A program made the translations under genes and the position numbers. 64,000 nucleotides of DNA from an uncultured delta proteobacterium (GTDB taxonomy: Bacteria > Desulfobacterota > Binatia > Binatales > Binataceae): the NCBI GenBank assembly GCA_963711565.1, contig CAVQEQ010000001.1, positions 608,001 through 672,000 on the forward strand, written 5' to 3'. Position 1 is the stretch's first letter; each line of letters starts with the position of its first letter. The notes beneath the pieces were generated by a model that was not told the DNA's origin, made no database searches, and saw only the letters and a program-made list of their open reading frames with translations. Shown here piece after piece: positions 1-9,591 of this stretch.

Positions 1-2
1 CG

Positions 3-578
3 ATGAGCGCGCTGGTGCTCGATCGGAAGATCGAAGTCGGCACGCTGGTATCGCCCAACAGCGTCGGCTTTCAGATTGGCGATACCAGCAAGGTCAAAGT
101 CGTGTTCGGCGTGCCGGGCGCAATTGTCGGCGAGTTGAAGCCCGGAGCGGCGATCGCGGCCACCGTCGATGCGTTCCCCGGCCAGACCTTCAAGGGCGCG
201 ATTTCCAAAGTCGCCGCCGTCGCCGATCCCAACGCTCGCCTATTCGATATCGAGGCGACGATTCCCAACCCCGACGCGCGCCTGCGGGTCGGCATGATTG
301 CCGCGCTCCATCTGCCGGCCGCCGCGCAAGCGCAGAGCGTGCTGGTGGTGCCGACGCGGGCGATAGTGCGGCCGCCGGACGACCCCAAGGGCTATGCGGT
401 GTACGTCGCGGAGAAGAATGCTGACGGAAAGATGGTCGCGACACTCAAGAAGGTCGAGATAGGTCCTGTCGTCGGCGACCAGGTCTCGATTGCGACGGGG
501 CTCGACGCCGGTGCGCAAGTGATCGTCAGGGGCGCGGACATCGTCTTCAACGGCGCGAGCATCAACGTGGTTCCGTAG
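3..578 (+). CDS. RND efflux periplasmic adaptor (membrane fusion protein), 5'-truncated by the window edge
   Basis: C-terminal MFP features (DAFPGQTFKGAISKV, ADPNARLFDIE, LRVGM, GLDAGAQVIVRG); lies 10 nt upstream of an RND permease. Confidence 0.9.
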   Translation: MSALVLDRKIEVGTLVSPNSVGFQIGDTSKVKVVFGVPGAIVGELKPGAAIAATVDAFPGQTFKGAISKVAAVADPNARLFDIEATIPNPDARLRVGMIAALHLPAAAQAQSVLVVPTRAIVRPPDDPKGYAVYVAEKNADGKMVATLKKVEIGPVVGDQVSIATGLDAGAQVIVRGADIVFNGASINVVP

Positions 579-588
579 GCGCGATCCG

Positions 589-3500
589 ATGGCGCATCGG
601 CCTGACGCAGAAATAATCGCGACGACTCACAACACTGCGCGGTTCTTTACCGAGAACCGCCAGATTTCGTGGGTCGCACTCCTGCTCGTGATCGCATGGG
701 GCATCTACGGCTACGGCAAGATGCCCAAGCGCAAGGACCCCGACATCCCCGTGAAGGAAGCGCAGGTGATATGCGCATGGCCGGGCGTCAGCGCCGACCG
801 GGTCGAGCAACTCGTCACGCGCAGAATCGAACAGCAACTGGCCGAGGTCTCCGAGGTTCGCGCGCCTTCGGCCGAAGAGTACTCGATCAAGTCGCTGACG
901 CTCGACGGACTGTCGGTCGTCAACGTACAGGTCGATTACAACGTCAAGGACACCAAGCCCGTCTTCAACGAGATGGACTTGAAGCTTAGGAGCATCACGG
1001 ACCTACCCAAAGGTGCCGGGCCGATTCAGTTCTTCAGCGGCTTTGGCGATACGGCGGCGCTGATGCTGACGGTGGCAAGTCCGAAAGAAAGCGAGGTCGC
1101 GATCTCGCTGCGCGCCAGGGAGATCGCGGCCGCAATAAAAGCGGCGCGCGGCAGCGGCGACACGTCGAAGCGCGCGACGATAGTTGTCCCGTTTCCGCTA
1201 GGTCTCGATTCGCCGAACATCGGCGAAAGCGTCAGGAGTACGCTCGGGCCGTGCCTGGCCAAGAGCGGATCTCTCGCCGACATCCGGCCGATTGCGGGCA
1301 AAGGCTTCGTTGGACTCGACGGTATCGCGAACTCCGACGCCGAACTGCAGCGCGCGTTCATGGGATGCGTCGAGGAAAAGTACGGCTCCGCCTCGTTCGA
1401 TCCGGACATCTGGCAGCCGGTCGTAATTCGCAATCCCGACGACGCGGAGGCGCGGCTCGCCACCGTCGCGGGAGACAAGTACAGCTTTCGTGAGCTGGAC
1501 GATTTCACGGATCTGATCAAGCGCGGGCTGACCGGAGTGCCGCAGGTATCGAAGATTCTGATCTCCGGAGATCTGCCGCAGTGGATTAACCTCGAATATT
1601 CGCAAGCCAAGCTCGCGGCTTACGGCATCACACCGAGCAAGATCTCACAGGTGCTGGCGGCGCGAAATATCGTTTCGCCCGGAGGCTCGCTGGAAACCAA
1701 CGGCCGCAATCTGATCGTGTTGCCCTCGGGCGAGTATAAAAGCGAAAAGGATATCGGCGACACAATCATCGGCAAGTCTGCGACCGGCACGCCGCTGTAT
1801 CTGCGCGATCTCGTGACGATCACGCGCGGCTACCAGGACCCCGCGCGCTATCTCAACACTTATACCGTCCGCGACGCCGCCGGCGGATGGCAAACGCATC
1901 GCGCGATCACGATCGCCGTGCAAATGCGCTCGGGCGAACAGATTCATCTGTTCGGCGAAAACGTCGATCGCCAACTGACGATGCTTCGCCAGCAACTGCC
2001 GTCCGATCTGATCATGGCGCGGACCTCGGACCAGCCGCGGCAGGTCGAGGAAAACGTCGAGCTGCTGAATCACGCGCTCGAGGAAGCGATCGCGCTGGTC
2101 GTCATCACGGCTCTGATCGGGTTCTGGGAATGGCGCTCGGCCCTGCTGATGGCCGTGTCGATCCCGCTAACGCTGCTGATGACGTTCGGCTTTATGGATC
2201 TGGTCGGATGGGACATCCAACAGGTCTCGATTGCTTCGCTGATCATCGCGCTAGGTCTGCTGATCGACGACCCGGTCGTTGCCGGGGACGCGATCAAGCG
2301 TGATCTGGACGCGGGGCATCCGCGGATTATCTCGGCGTGGCTGGGACCTACCAAGCTGGCGCGCGCGATCCTGTACGCCACTATCACGAACATCGTCGCC
2401 TATTTGCCATTCGGCTTACTCAGCGGAGATACCGGCAAGTTTATGATTTCGCTGCCGGTTGTTATGACCGCATCCCTTATAGCGTCGCGATTGGTCTCGA
2501 TGACCTTTATCCCGATGCTGGGTTACTATTGGCTGCGCCCGGCAAAGAAGAAACCGCTACCGATAGAAGAGCAGCGTCGCCAGGGCTTCAGCGGCTACTA
2601 CTACCGCACCGGACATTGGTGCCTGGAGCATCGATGGTTGACGTTCGCCGCCTCGATTGTCTTCCTGGTCGTTGGATTCAAGTTAGGTTCGATGCTGAAG
2701 TCGGCGTTCTTCCCCACCGATCTGCAGTTCCTGTCCACGGTCGATATTCTTCTGCCCAACGACAGTGCGTTGACCGAGACCACAGCTGCGGCGGCGAAAG
2801 CGCGCGAGATAATCGAGCAGCAGGCGCATCAGATTGACGTCAAGGAATCGGAGGGCGCCGAAGCTACCCATCACATACTAAAGTCGCTGACGACTTTCGT
2901 CGGCGGCGGCGGTCCGCGCTTCTGGTATTCGCTGGCGCCCGAGACGAAGCAGGTCAACTACGCGCAAGTCGTCATCGAAATTGACGACCGGCGGGCTATG
3001 TCGCACTTCGCCGACGTGCTGCAACCCGCGCTGTCGGCGGCGATTCCCGGCGCATACGTGGATGTGCAGGAGTTGCAGACCAACGGCTCCAAGTATCCCA
3101 TCGAGATTTTCGTAAGCGGCCGTGCGGAATCCACGACTGGCGGCGAGATCGAAGACATCGTGACGCTTCGCAAGTTGGCCAACAACCTTGAAGATATACT
3201 GCGGGCGGTGCCCGACGCGCGCCGGGTCCGTAACGATTGGATGGGGCAAACGATGGTCGCGCGGCTCGATATCGATCCCGATCGCGCCAACCTGGCCGGC
3301 ATTTCCAACCAAGATGTCGCCGCGTCAACCACCGCCGGCTTGAGCGGCACCAGGGTGACGACGCTGCTCGAGGGAGACAAACAGATCCCGGTCGTTGCGC
3401 GCCTTGACCGGCGTGAGCGAGCAACCGTGCCGGATCTGGAAAATCTCTACGTCTATCCCTCGAACGGGGGCCAACCGGTTCCACTTAAGGCGATCTCGTC

Positions 3501-4263
3501 GGTGCATTACGAACTCGAGACGCAGCGAATCCGCCGCCGCGCCCACCACCGCACCATAACAGTCGCGGCTTTCACCGCACCCGGCGTGCTGGCCTCGGAA
3601 GTACTTAACCAGGCGCTGCCGAAGATCAAGGAACTGCAGGCTAGTTTGCCACCCGGCTACAGCATCGTCATAGGCGGCGAGTATGCCAAGCAGCAAACCG
3701 GATTTGGAGAGTTAAGCACCATACTTTTGATCTCGTGCCTGATGATTTACGTGGCGCTGGTCATCCAGTTCAACAGTGCCATCAAACCAGTGCTGGTGTT
3801 CGCCTGCGTTCCATACGGCGTCGTCGGCGCATTGCTAGCGCTCCTTGTAATGGGTACGCCTTTCGGCTTCATGGCGTTCCTGGGTATAGCCAGTCTCATA
3901 GGTGTCATCGTAAGTCACGTTATCGTGCTGTTCGATTTCATCGAGGAGATGCACGAGAAGGGCGAACCGTTCATGGAGGCAGTGCTCGACGCCGGCATCG
4001 AGCGGCTGCGTCCCGTGCTGATCACGGTCGGCGCGGCGGTGCTGGCGTTGGTGCCTCTTTCGATGCGCGGCGGCCCTTTGTGGGAGCCGCTATGCTACGC
4101 ACAGATAGGAGGTCTTAGCGTCGCGACTTTCATCGAACTGCTACTGGTGCCGGTGTTGTACGGAATATTCGTGCTCGATTTGAAAATCATCAAGTGGGAG
4201 ACGATACATCCAGACACTGCGCCTGGGACGGTGATTCCGCTTCGTGGTAGCGCGGAAGATTGA
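589..4263 (+). CDS. RND efflux permease, AcrB/AcrD/AcrF family (1224 aa)
   Basis: RND architecture with two periplasmic loops; WPGVSADRVEQLVT, TM4 GLLIDDPVV, RLRPVLIT, GGLSVAT motifs. Confidence 0.93.
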   Translation: MAHRPDAEIIATTHNTARFFTENRQISWVALLLVIAWGIYGYGKMPKRKDPDIPVKEAQVICAWPGVSADRVEQLVTRRIEQQLAEVSEVRAPSAEEYSIKSLTLDGLSVVNVQVDYNVKDTKPVFNEMDLKLRSITDLPKGAGPIQFFSGFGDTAALMLTVASPKESEVAISLRAREIAAAIKAARGSGDTSKRATIVVPFPLGLDSPNIGESVRSTLGPCLAKSGSLADIRPIAGKGFVGLDGIANSDAELQRAFMGCVEEKYGSASFDPDIWQPVVIRNPDDAEARLATVAGDKYSFRELDDFTDLIKRGLTGVPQVSKILISGDLPQWINLEYSQAKLAAYGITPSKISQVLAARNIVSPGGSLETNGRNLIVLPSGEYKSEKDIGDTIIGKSATGTPLYLRDLVTITRGYQDPARYLNTYTVRDAAGGWQTHRAITIAVQMRSGEQIHLFGENVDRQLTMLRQQLPSDLIMARTSDQPRQVEENVELLNHALEEAIALVVITALIGFWEWRSALLMAVSIPLTLLMTFGFMDLVGWDIQQVSIASLIIALGLLIDDPVVAGDAIKRDLDAGHPRIISAWLGPTKLARAILYATITNIVAYLPFGLLSGDTGKFMISLPVVMTASLIASRLVSMTFIPMLGYYWLRPAKKKPLPIEEQRRQGFSGYYYRTGHWCLEHRWLTFAASIVFLVVGFKLGSMLKSAFFPTDLQFLSTVDILLPNDSALTETTAAAAKAREIIEQQAHQIDVKESEGAEATHHILKSLTTFVGGGGPRFWYSLAPETKQVNYAQVVIEIDDRRAMSHFADVLQPALSAAIPGAYVDVQELQTNGSKYPIEIFVSGRAESTTGGEIEDIVTLRKLANNLEDILRAVPDARRVRNDWMGQTMVARLDIDPDRANLAGISNQDVAASTTAGLSGTRVTTLLEGDKQIPVVARLDRRERATVPDLENLYVYPSNGGQPVPLKAISSVHYELETQRIRRRAHHRTITVAAFTAPGVLASEVLNQALPKIKELQASLPPGYSIVIGGEYAKQQTGFGELSTILLISCLMIYVALVIQFNSAIKPVLVFACVPYGVVGALLALLVMGTPFGFMAFLGIASLIGVIVSHVIVLFDFIEEMHEKGEPFMEAVLDAGIERLRPVLITVGAAVLALVPLSMRGGPLWEPLCYAQIGGLSVATFIELLLVPVLYGIFVLDLKIIKWETIHPDTAPGTVIPLRGSAED

Positions 4264-4311
4264 TCGGGAAATTATGATTGGTTTCGCGAACGTGGATCGG
4301 AGGTCATAGCT

Positions 4312-4842
4312 ATGTCGCCGAAAGACCACTCGAGCGTACCGCCGGACTGTGGCGAACCGCCGCCAGCAGCGAGTTCAGACCCCGACTGGCCCAGGCTTCT
4401 CGCGCGCGTCGTAGAAGGAATAGTCACCGCAGAGTTGCAGGAGTTCGAAGACAACGTGATGGCGTTTCTCGACTCCGCCGTCGCGGATGCCTACGCAACC
4501 TTCGTCTGGATATGCGCGCGAGTAATCGGCGCGGCCTTTCTGCTGACTGGGCTGGTCCTGTTTTTGGGAATCTTCCTTCAATGGTGGGCGGCATTTGGAT
4601 TGGTGGGTATAGTAGTCATCGCGGTGGGTGCTCTCGCGAGCATCAGGCGCAGGCCTGCCCGCGCCGATCACGCCGATAGCATTGGTGCGGGACACAAAAG
4701 CCGGATTAGCGTTAATATAATCGACGATTTTCAAAAAGCTGGAGACAGCCGATGCCACATTGGTACGAAGATAATTCAAGATCGATCGGACACACGCCGC
4801 TGGTGCGGCTCAACCGCGTCACCGACGGCGCACCGGCGATAG
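4312..4842 (+). CDS. Small 2-TM membrane protein resembling the YqjE/Holin-X (phage-holin-like) family; true 3' end uncertain
   Basis: GGAGG upstream of the ATG; acidic amphipathic N-terminus, two hydrophobic helices, then a basic RRR stretch; the tail overlaps cysK by about 90 nt and is probably not real. Confidence 0.55.
   Translation: MSPKDHSSVPPDCGEPPPAASSDPDWPRLLARVVEGIVTAELQEFEDNVMAFLDSAVADAYATFVWICARVIGAAFLLTGLVLFLGIFLQWWAAFGLVGIVVIAVGALASIRRRPARADHADSIGAGHKSRISVNIIDDFQKAGDSRCHIGTKIIQDRSDTRRWCGSTASPTAHRR
4716..4721 (+). promoter_or_regulatory. Putative -10 element for cysK
   Basis: TATAAT in an AT-rich patch about 30 nt upstream of the cysK ATG; GGAG RBS follows. Confidence 0.4.
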
Positions 4843-5708
4843 TTCTCGGCAAGATCGAAGGACGCGGCCCCGCGTATTCCGTCAAGGACCGTATCGGCGC
4901 CGCGATGGTCTGGGACGCCGAGAAGCGCGGCCTGCTAGGCCCCAGCAAGGAGCTGGTCGAGCCGACCAGCGGCAACACCGGTATCGCGCTCGCCTTCGTC
5001 GCCGCCGCGCGCAACATTCCGCTGACCTTGACGATGCCCGATACGATGAGCCTCGAGCGCCGCAAGCTGCTGATCGCCTACGGCGCGAAGCTGGAATTGA
5101 CCGAGGGCGCGCGCGGGATGAGCGGCGCGATCGCGAAGGCCGAGGAAATCAAAGCGTCGGCGCCCGATCGCTACGTCCTGCTGCAGCAGTTCAGCAATCC
5201 CGCCAATCCCGCGATTCACGAAGCAACCACCGGCCCTGAAATCTGGAACGACACGGAGGGTGCGATCGATATTTTCGTGTCGGGAGTCGGCACCGGCGGA
5301 ACAATCACCGGCGTCTCGCGCTACATCAAGAAGACAAAGGGCAAAGCCATCGTTTCGGTCGCCGTCGAGCCGACCGCCAGTCCCGTCATCACACAGAAAC
5401 GCAGCGGTCAGCCGCTGAAGCCGGGCGCGCACAAAATCCAGGGCATCGGGGCGGGGTTCGTGCCCGAGAACCTCGACCTCTCGATTGTCGATGTGGTCGA
5501 GCAGGTCAGCAACGAAGATGCGATCGAATACGCGCGGCGGTTGACACGCGAAGAAGGAATCCTGTCGGGCATTTCGTCGGGAGCAGCGGTCGTCGTGGCC
5601 GTGCGCATCGCGAAGCGTCCGGAGAACAAGGGCAAGACCATCGTCGTCGTGCTGCCGGATTCGGGTGAACGATATTTGAGTACCGCGCTATTCGAGGGCC
5701 TTTCCTAA
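4752..5708 (+). CDS. cysK: Cysteine synthase A (O-acetylserine sulfhydrylase)
   Basis: SVKDR PLP-lysine motif, [31 protein letters not shown]. Confidence 0.96.
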   Translation: MPHWYEDNSRSIGHTPLVRLNRVTDGAPAIVLGKIEGRGPAYSVKDRIGAAMVWDAEKRGLLGPSKELVEPTSGNTGIALAFVAAARNIPLTLTMPDTMSLERRKLLIAYGAKLELTEGARGMSGAIAKAEEIKASAPDRYVLLQQFSNPANPAIHEATTGPEIWNDTEGAIDIFVSGVGTGGTITGVSRYIKKTKGKAIVSVAVEPTASPVITQKRSGQPLKPGAHKIQGIGAGFVPENLDLSIVDVVEQVSNEDAIEYARRLTREEGILSGISSGAAVVVAVRIAKRPENKGKTIVVVLPDSGERYLSTALFEGLS

Positions 5709-5732
5709 AATCAGGAAGCCTGCGACGCGAGC

Positions 5733-8054
5733 ATGAAGCCGGAAGAAACTCTCGACGCTGCGACCGCGCTGAACCATTCGCATTGGGGCGCGTTCGAGCC
5801 GGTCGTCGTCGATGGACGGGTGACGGAGGCACGCCCCTTCTCCAAGGATCCTGACCCTTCGCCGCTACTGCAATCGATTCCCGATGCGCTGCATCACGCG
5901 AGCCGTATCGCGCAACCGGCGGTGCGAACAGGATGGCTCGAGAACGGGCCGGGTGGTGCACGCGATCGCCGCGGCGCCGATCGCTTCGTGCCCGTGACGT
6001 GGGAGCGCGCACTCGATTTAGTCGCCGATGAAATCAGGCGGGTGATTCGCGAGCGCGGCAACCAGGCCATTTACGCCGGTTCATACGGATGGGGCAGCGC
6101 TGGCCGCTTTCACCATGCGCGGACGCAGCTACAACGCTTCCTCGGCGGGATCGGCGGATACACCGAAGCGCGCGACACTTACAGCAACGCCGCGGGCGCG
6201 GTGCTCGTCAAGAACGTGCTAGGCAGCCTGCACGCGATGAACGGTCCCGGCACCAGTTGGAAGAACATCGCCGATCATGCGGACCTGGTCGTGATGTTCG
6301 GCGGAATGCCGACGCGCAACACTCAAGTCACGCCCGGCGGGATGGGCGAGCATACGACGCGCGGCTGGCTGGAGAAGGCCAAGGCCGCGGGCGTCGAGTT
6401 CTGCAACATCAGTCCGATGCGCGACGATGCGGCCGACTTCCTCGAGGCGGAATGGATCGCGCCGCGCCCGCATAGCGACACTGCGCTGATGCTCGCGCTC
6501 GCGCACACCCTGATCGTCGAGGGCCTGCACGATGCGGACTTCCTCGCGCGCTACTGCGCCGGCTTCAATCGCTTCCGCGACTACTTGCTCGGGGCCGACG
6601 ACGGCGTCGCGAAGTCTGCCGACTGGGCGTCGAGCTTGAGCGAAATATCAGCCGACAGGATTCGTGAGTTAGCGCGCAGGATGGCGGCGTCGCGAACCTT
6701 CATCAACGTCAACTGGTCTCTGCAGCGCGGCGACCACGGCGAGCAGCCGATATGGGCGGCGATTGCGCTCGCGGCCGTGCTCGGCCAGGTCGGTCTGCCG
6801 GGCGGAGGTTTCGGCTTCGGCTACGGCAGCATGGAGGGTCTCGCGAGCCTGTTGCCGGATATGCCGATTCCCACTCTGTCACTCGGCCGCAACCCCGCTC
6901 GCAGCTTCATCCCGGTGGCGCGAATCGCGGACTTGCTGCTCAACCCTGGGCAGCCGTTCCAGTACAACGGGCAGGATCTCGTCTACCCTGATATCGATCT
7001 CGTCTACTGGTGCGGCGGCAATCCGTTTCACCATCATCAGGACATCAACCGCCTGATTCGAGCATGGCGGCGGCCTGCGACGATCGTCGTCCACGATCCG
7101 TGGTGGACCGCGACGGCGCGCCACGCCGACGTCGTGCTGCCAACGACGACGACACTCGAGCGCGACGACATCGGCGCCAGTGCGCGCGACAGATTCATCA
7201 TCGCGATGAAGCAGGCGATCGAGCCGGTCGGCGAAGCGCGCGACGACTTTGCAATCTTCGGCGATCTCGCGGAGCGGTTCGGGACTCGCGAATCGTTCGC
7301 CGAGGGCCGCAACACCATTCAATGGCTCCGTCATATCTACGAGGCGGCGCGCAAGCGCACGAATCCTCGCGTCGCCGAATGGCCGGACTTCGACGAGTTC
7401 TGGCGGCGCGGCTATCTCGAGATTCCCGAAGCCTCGACGCCGCATGTGCTGTTCGAAGAATTCAGGATGAATCCCGACGACAATCCGCTGCCGACTCCGT
7501 CAGGACGAATCGAAATCTTTTCGGAGAAGATCGCGAGCTATAACTACGCCGACTGTCCCGGACATCCGACCTGGCTCGAACCCGCCGAATGGCTGGGCAG
7601 CCCGGCCGCGCGCGAATATCCGCTGCATCTCCTGACCACGCAGCCGCGCACGCGATTGCACGGCCAGATGGACATGGCGCGCGTCAGCCAGGAGAGCAAA
7701 GTCGCGGGGCGCGAGCCGATGCGGATCAATCGCGATGACGCCGGCGCGCGCGGGATTCGCGACGGCGACGTCGTGCGGGTTTTCAACGATCGCGGAGCGA
7801 TTCTCGCCGGGGCGGTTCTGACCGACGACATTCGCCCCGGCGTGATTCAGATCTCGACCGGCGCGTGGTACGACCCGGCCGAGCCGGGCACGATCGGCAG
7901 CCTCGACAAGCACGGCAACCCGAACGTGCTCACGCTCGACAAGGGAACGTCGAGTCTGGCGCAAGGTCCGAGCGCTCAGACCACGCTGGTGCAGGTCGAG
8001 AAATACGCGGGCGAGCCGCCGGCGGTCAGCGCCTTCACACCGCCGCTCGCCTGA
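5733..8054 (+). CDS. Mo-bisPGD S-/N-oxide reductase, BisC/TorA/DMSO reductase family, no Tat leader
   Basis: SHWGAF start, GSYGW, YS Mo-ligand Ser motif (DTYSNAAG), GGNPFHHHQD, RLHGQ, GNPNVLT. Confidence 0.9.
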   Translation: MKPEETLDAATALNHSHWGAFEPVVVDGRVTEARPFSKDPDPSPLLQSIPDALHHASRIAQPAVRTGWLENGPGGARDRRGADRFVPVTWERALDLVADEIRRVIRERGNQAIYAGSYGWGSAGRFHHARTQLQRFLGGIGGYTEARDTYSNAAGAVLVKNVLGSLHAMNGPGTSWKNIADHADLVVMFGGMPTRNTQVTPGGMGEHTTRGWLEKAKAAGVEFCNISPMRDDAADFLEAEWIAPRPHSDTALMLALAHTLIVEGLHDADFLARYCAGFNRFRDYLLGADDGVAKSADWASSLSEISADRIRELARRMAASRTFINVNWSLQRGDHGEQPIWAAIALAAVLGQVGLPGGGFGFGYGSMEGLASLLPDMPIPTLSLGRNPARSFIPVARIADLLLNPGQPFQYNGQDLVYPDIDLVYWCGGNPFHHHQDINRLIRAWRRPATIVVHDPWWTATARHADVVLPTTTTLERDDIGASARDRFIIAMKQAIEPVGEARDDFAIFGDLAERFGTRESFAEGRNTIQWLRHIYEAARKRTNPRVAEWPDFDEFWRRGYLEIPEASTPHVLFEEFRMNPDDNPLPTPSGRIEIFSEKIASYNYADCPGHPTWLEPAEWLGSPAAREYPLHLLTTQPRTRLHGQMDMARVSQESKVAGREPMRINRDDAGARGIRDGDVVRVFNDRGAILAGAVLTDDIRPGVIQISTGAWYDPAEPGTIGSLDKHGNPNVLTLDKGTSSLAQGPSAQTTLVQVEKYAGEPPAVSAFTPPLA

Positions 8055-8124
8055 TCCCGCAATGCGCGCAAGATGGTTTTGTATTCGTCTGCCATCGGTA
8101 CAAACGTGACGCAGGCCACTCCAA

Positions 8125-8580
8125 ATGAAAATCCGGGATGATTCAGAGCAAGGACCGCCGCAGCGGAAGTTTGGCGGACGCAACCGGGTTTGGGCGCTCG
8201 CTATTTTGGCCGTCTTGATGCTCTCGAATCGGACCGAAGCGCAATCGGCGGCCCGCGACGGCTGGGTCGAGGAGCCGGCGACCAAGTCGCTCAACGTTGA
8301 AGGAGATCCTGGTCGTGCCTACCTCGATCCCGCATCCGTCCACCGCGGCGATGACGGCCTGATCTATTTCAACGAAAGCTCCAACGTGTCGCGACCGGAG
8401 GAAATCGGCAAGGTCGGCCTCATGAACGATGCGTACGATTGTGCGAAGAACATCAAGTACATGTGCGTGGAGGCCGGAGATTGGCGTAACGATCCGAAAA
8501 GCACGATCAATGCCGCCAATGATCCGGCGCTGCCGGTTTACCGCAAATTCCTCTGCGGTGACGCTGGTCCCGCCAAATGA
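8125..8580 (+). CDS. Hypothetical secreted protein, possibly surface-adhesin-E-like
   Basis: Hydrophobic signal-like segment ending TEA; three Cys (YDC, YMC, FLC); YLDPASV pattern. Confidence 0.6.
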   Translation: MKIRDDSEQGPPQRKFGGRNRVWALAILAVLMLSNRTEAQSAARDGWVEEPATKSLNVEGDPGRAYLDPASVHRGDDGLIYFNESSNVSRPEEIGKVGLMNDAYDCAKNIKYMCVEAGDWRNDPKSTINAANDPALPVYRKFLCGDAGPAK

Positions 8581-8615
8581 CAACGGCGCATGAACTTCGC
8601 TCGTCTTCGATTTGA

Positions 8616-9494
8616 TCAGCTCGCGCTCTGATACTTCGGCGACGACGCCTTCATGAAGCGCAGCAGCATTCTCATTTCGGCGACTCGCTTGCCGTCCGCT
8701 TCGTTCAGCGCGGTTTCGAACCACATGTATTCAGTCTTGGGACTCTGGCCCAACGCGACGATACTCCCGCCGACGCGATACGGATGCTCGACCATCACGG
8801 GACCGTTGATGTTGCGGAGCTCGATCGCGCCGAACAGTCCTATCGCCTGACCAAGCTTGCCGCGCAGAGTCGCGATCGACTGAGAGTAGAGCAGCTGCAC
8901 CATCGTCGCCGGCGTGGCGATCGCGCCGCCCCACGGCGAGGGCTTGATGTACCAGTCCAGCGGTTCGGTGATGACCTTCATCCGTTCGGTCATCGTATCC
9001 TTCGTCAGAAACGCGTCGCACTCCTCAAACTTGTCGCCGACTTTCAGCCCGCTAAGAATCCGTAACTGACCAGCGTCGAATCGATAGAGCGGGCGCCTTA
9101 GCAACGCGCTCGGCTCCTCGGGGTTTCCGATCGACGCGGTGCCTTCCGCGACGCGCATTCCATCGTCGCGCTCGATCCAGATATCGACCTGCGCATCGGC
9201 TGCATCGTGCGGAGGCTCTTTGACGAATGCGCGGACCGGTTCACTGTCAGTCGTCGCATTGAGGAAGTACATCGAGATCGTTCCGCGCTCGAACCATCGC
9301 TTGCCGAACGCTTTCAGCAAGAGCGGCGGAAACAATTCCAGATGGATCGATCCAGCGACGGTGCCGCCGCGAAAACCCAGCTTGGTCGCCGTCGCATCAT
9401 CGTGGATGCTGCCCTTCACGTTGCGAGCGTTGTTCCGAGATCGTCGCAAGGGGCCGACGAACACGTGATCGCGCGATTCGATTTCCGAGTTCAT
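8616..9494 (-). CDS. Hypothetical protein, probable double hot-dog (MaoC/dehydratase-like) fold
   Basis: SIHDDATATKLGFRGGTVAG resembles the hydratase-2 motif; SPWGGAIA in the second half; AGGA-type RBS. Confidence 0.7.
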   Translation of the reverse strand: MNSEIESRDHVFVGPLRRSRNNARNVKGSIHDDATATKLGFRGGTVAGSIHLELFPPLLLKAFGKRWFERGTISMYFLNATTDSEPVRAFVKEPPHDAADAQVDIWIERDDGMRVAEGTASIGNPEEPSALLRRPLYRFDAGQLRILSGLKVGDKFEECDAFLTKDTMTERMKVITEPLDWYIKPSPWGGAIATPATMVQLLYSQSIATLRGKLGQAIGLFGAIELRNINGPVMVEHPYRVGGSIVALGQSPKTEYMWFETALNEADGKRVAEMRMLLRFMKASSPKYQSAS

Positions 9495-9576
9495 GATGTC
9501 GTCCTCAAGGCGGATTGAATCACGGTCTTACCGCGCTCGGCAAACATCCAGTCGTTTCCCGATTCATTCGTGCGGA

Positions 9577-9585
9577 TGCTAATTT
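9577..9585 (+). promoter_or_regulatory. Extended -10 promoter directly upstream of a GTG start (possible leaderless mRNA)
   Basis: TG-c-TAATTT, 6 nt, then GTG at 9592; no Shine-Dalgarno. Confidence 0.45.
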
Positions 9586-9591
9586 CCTCGC

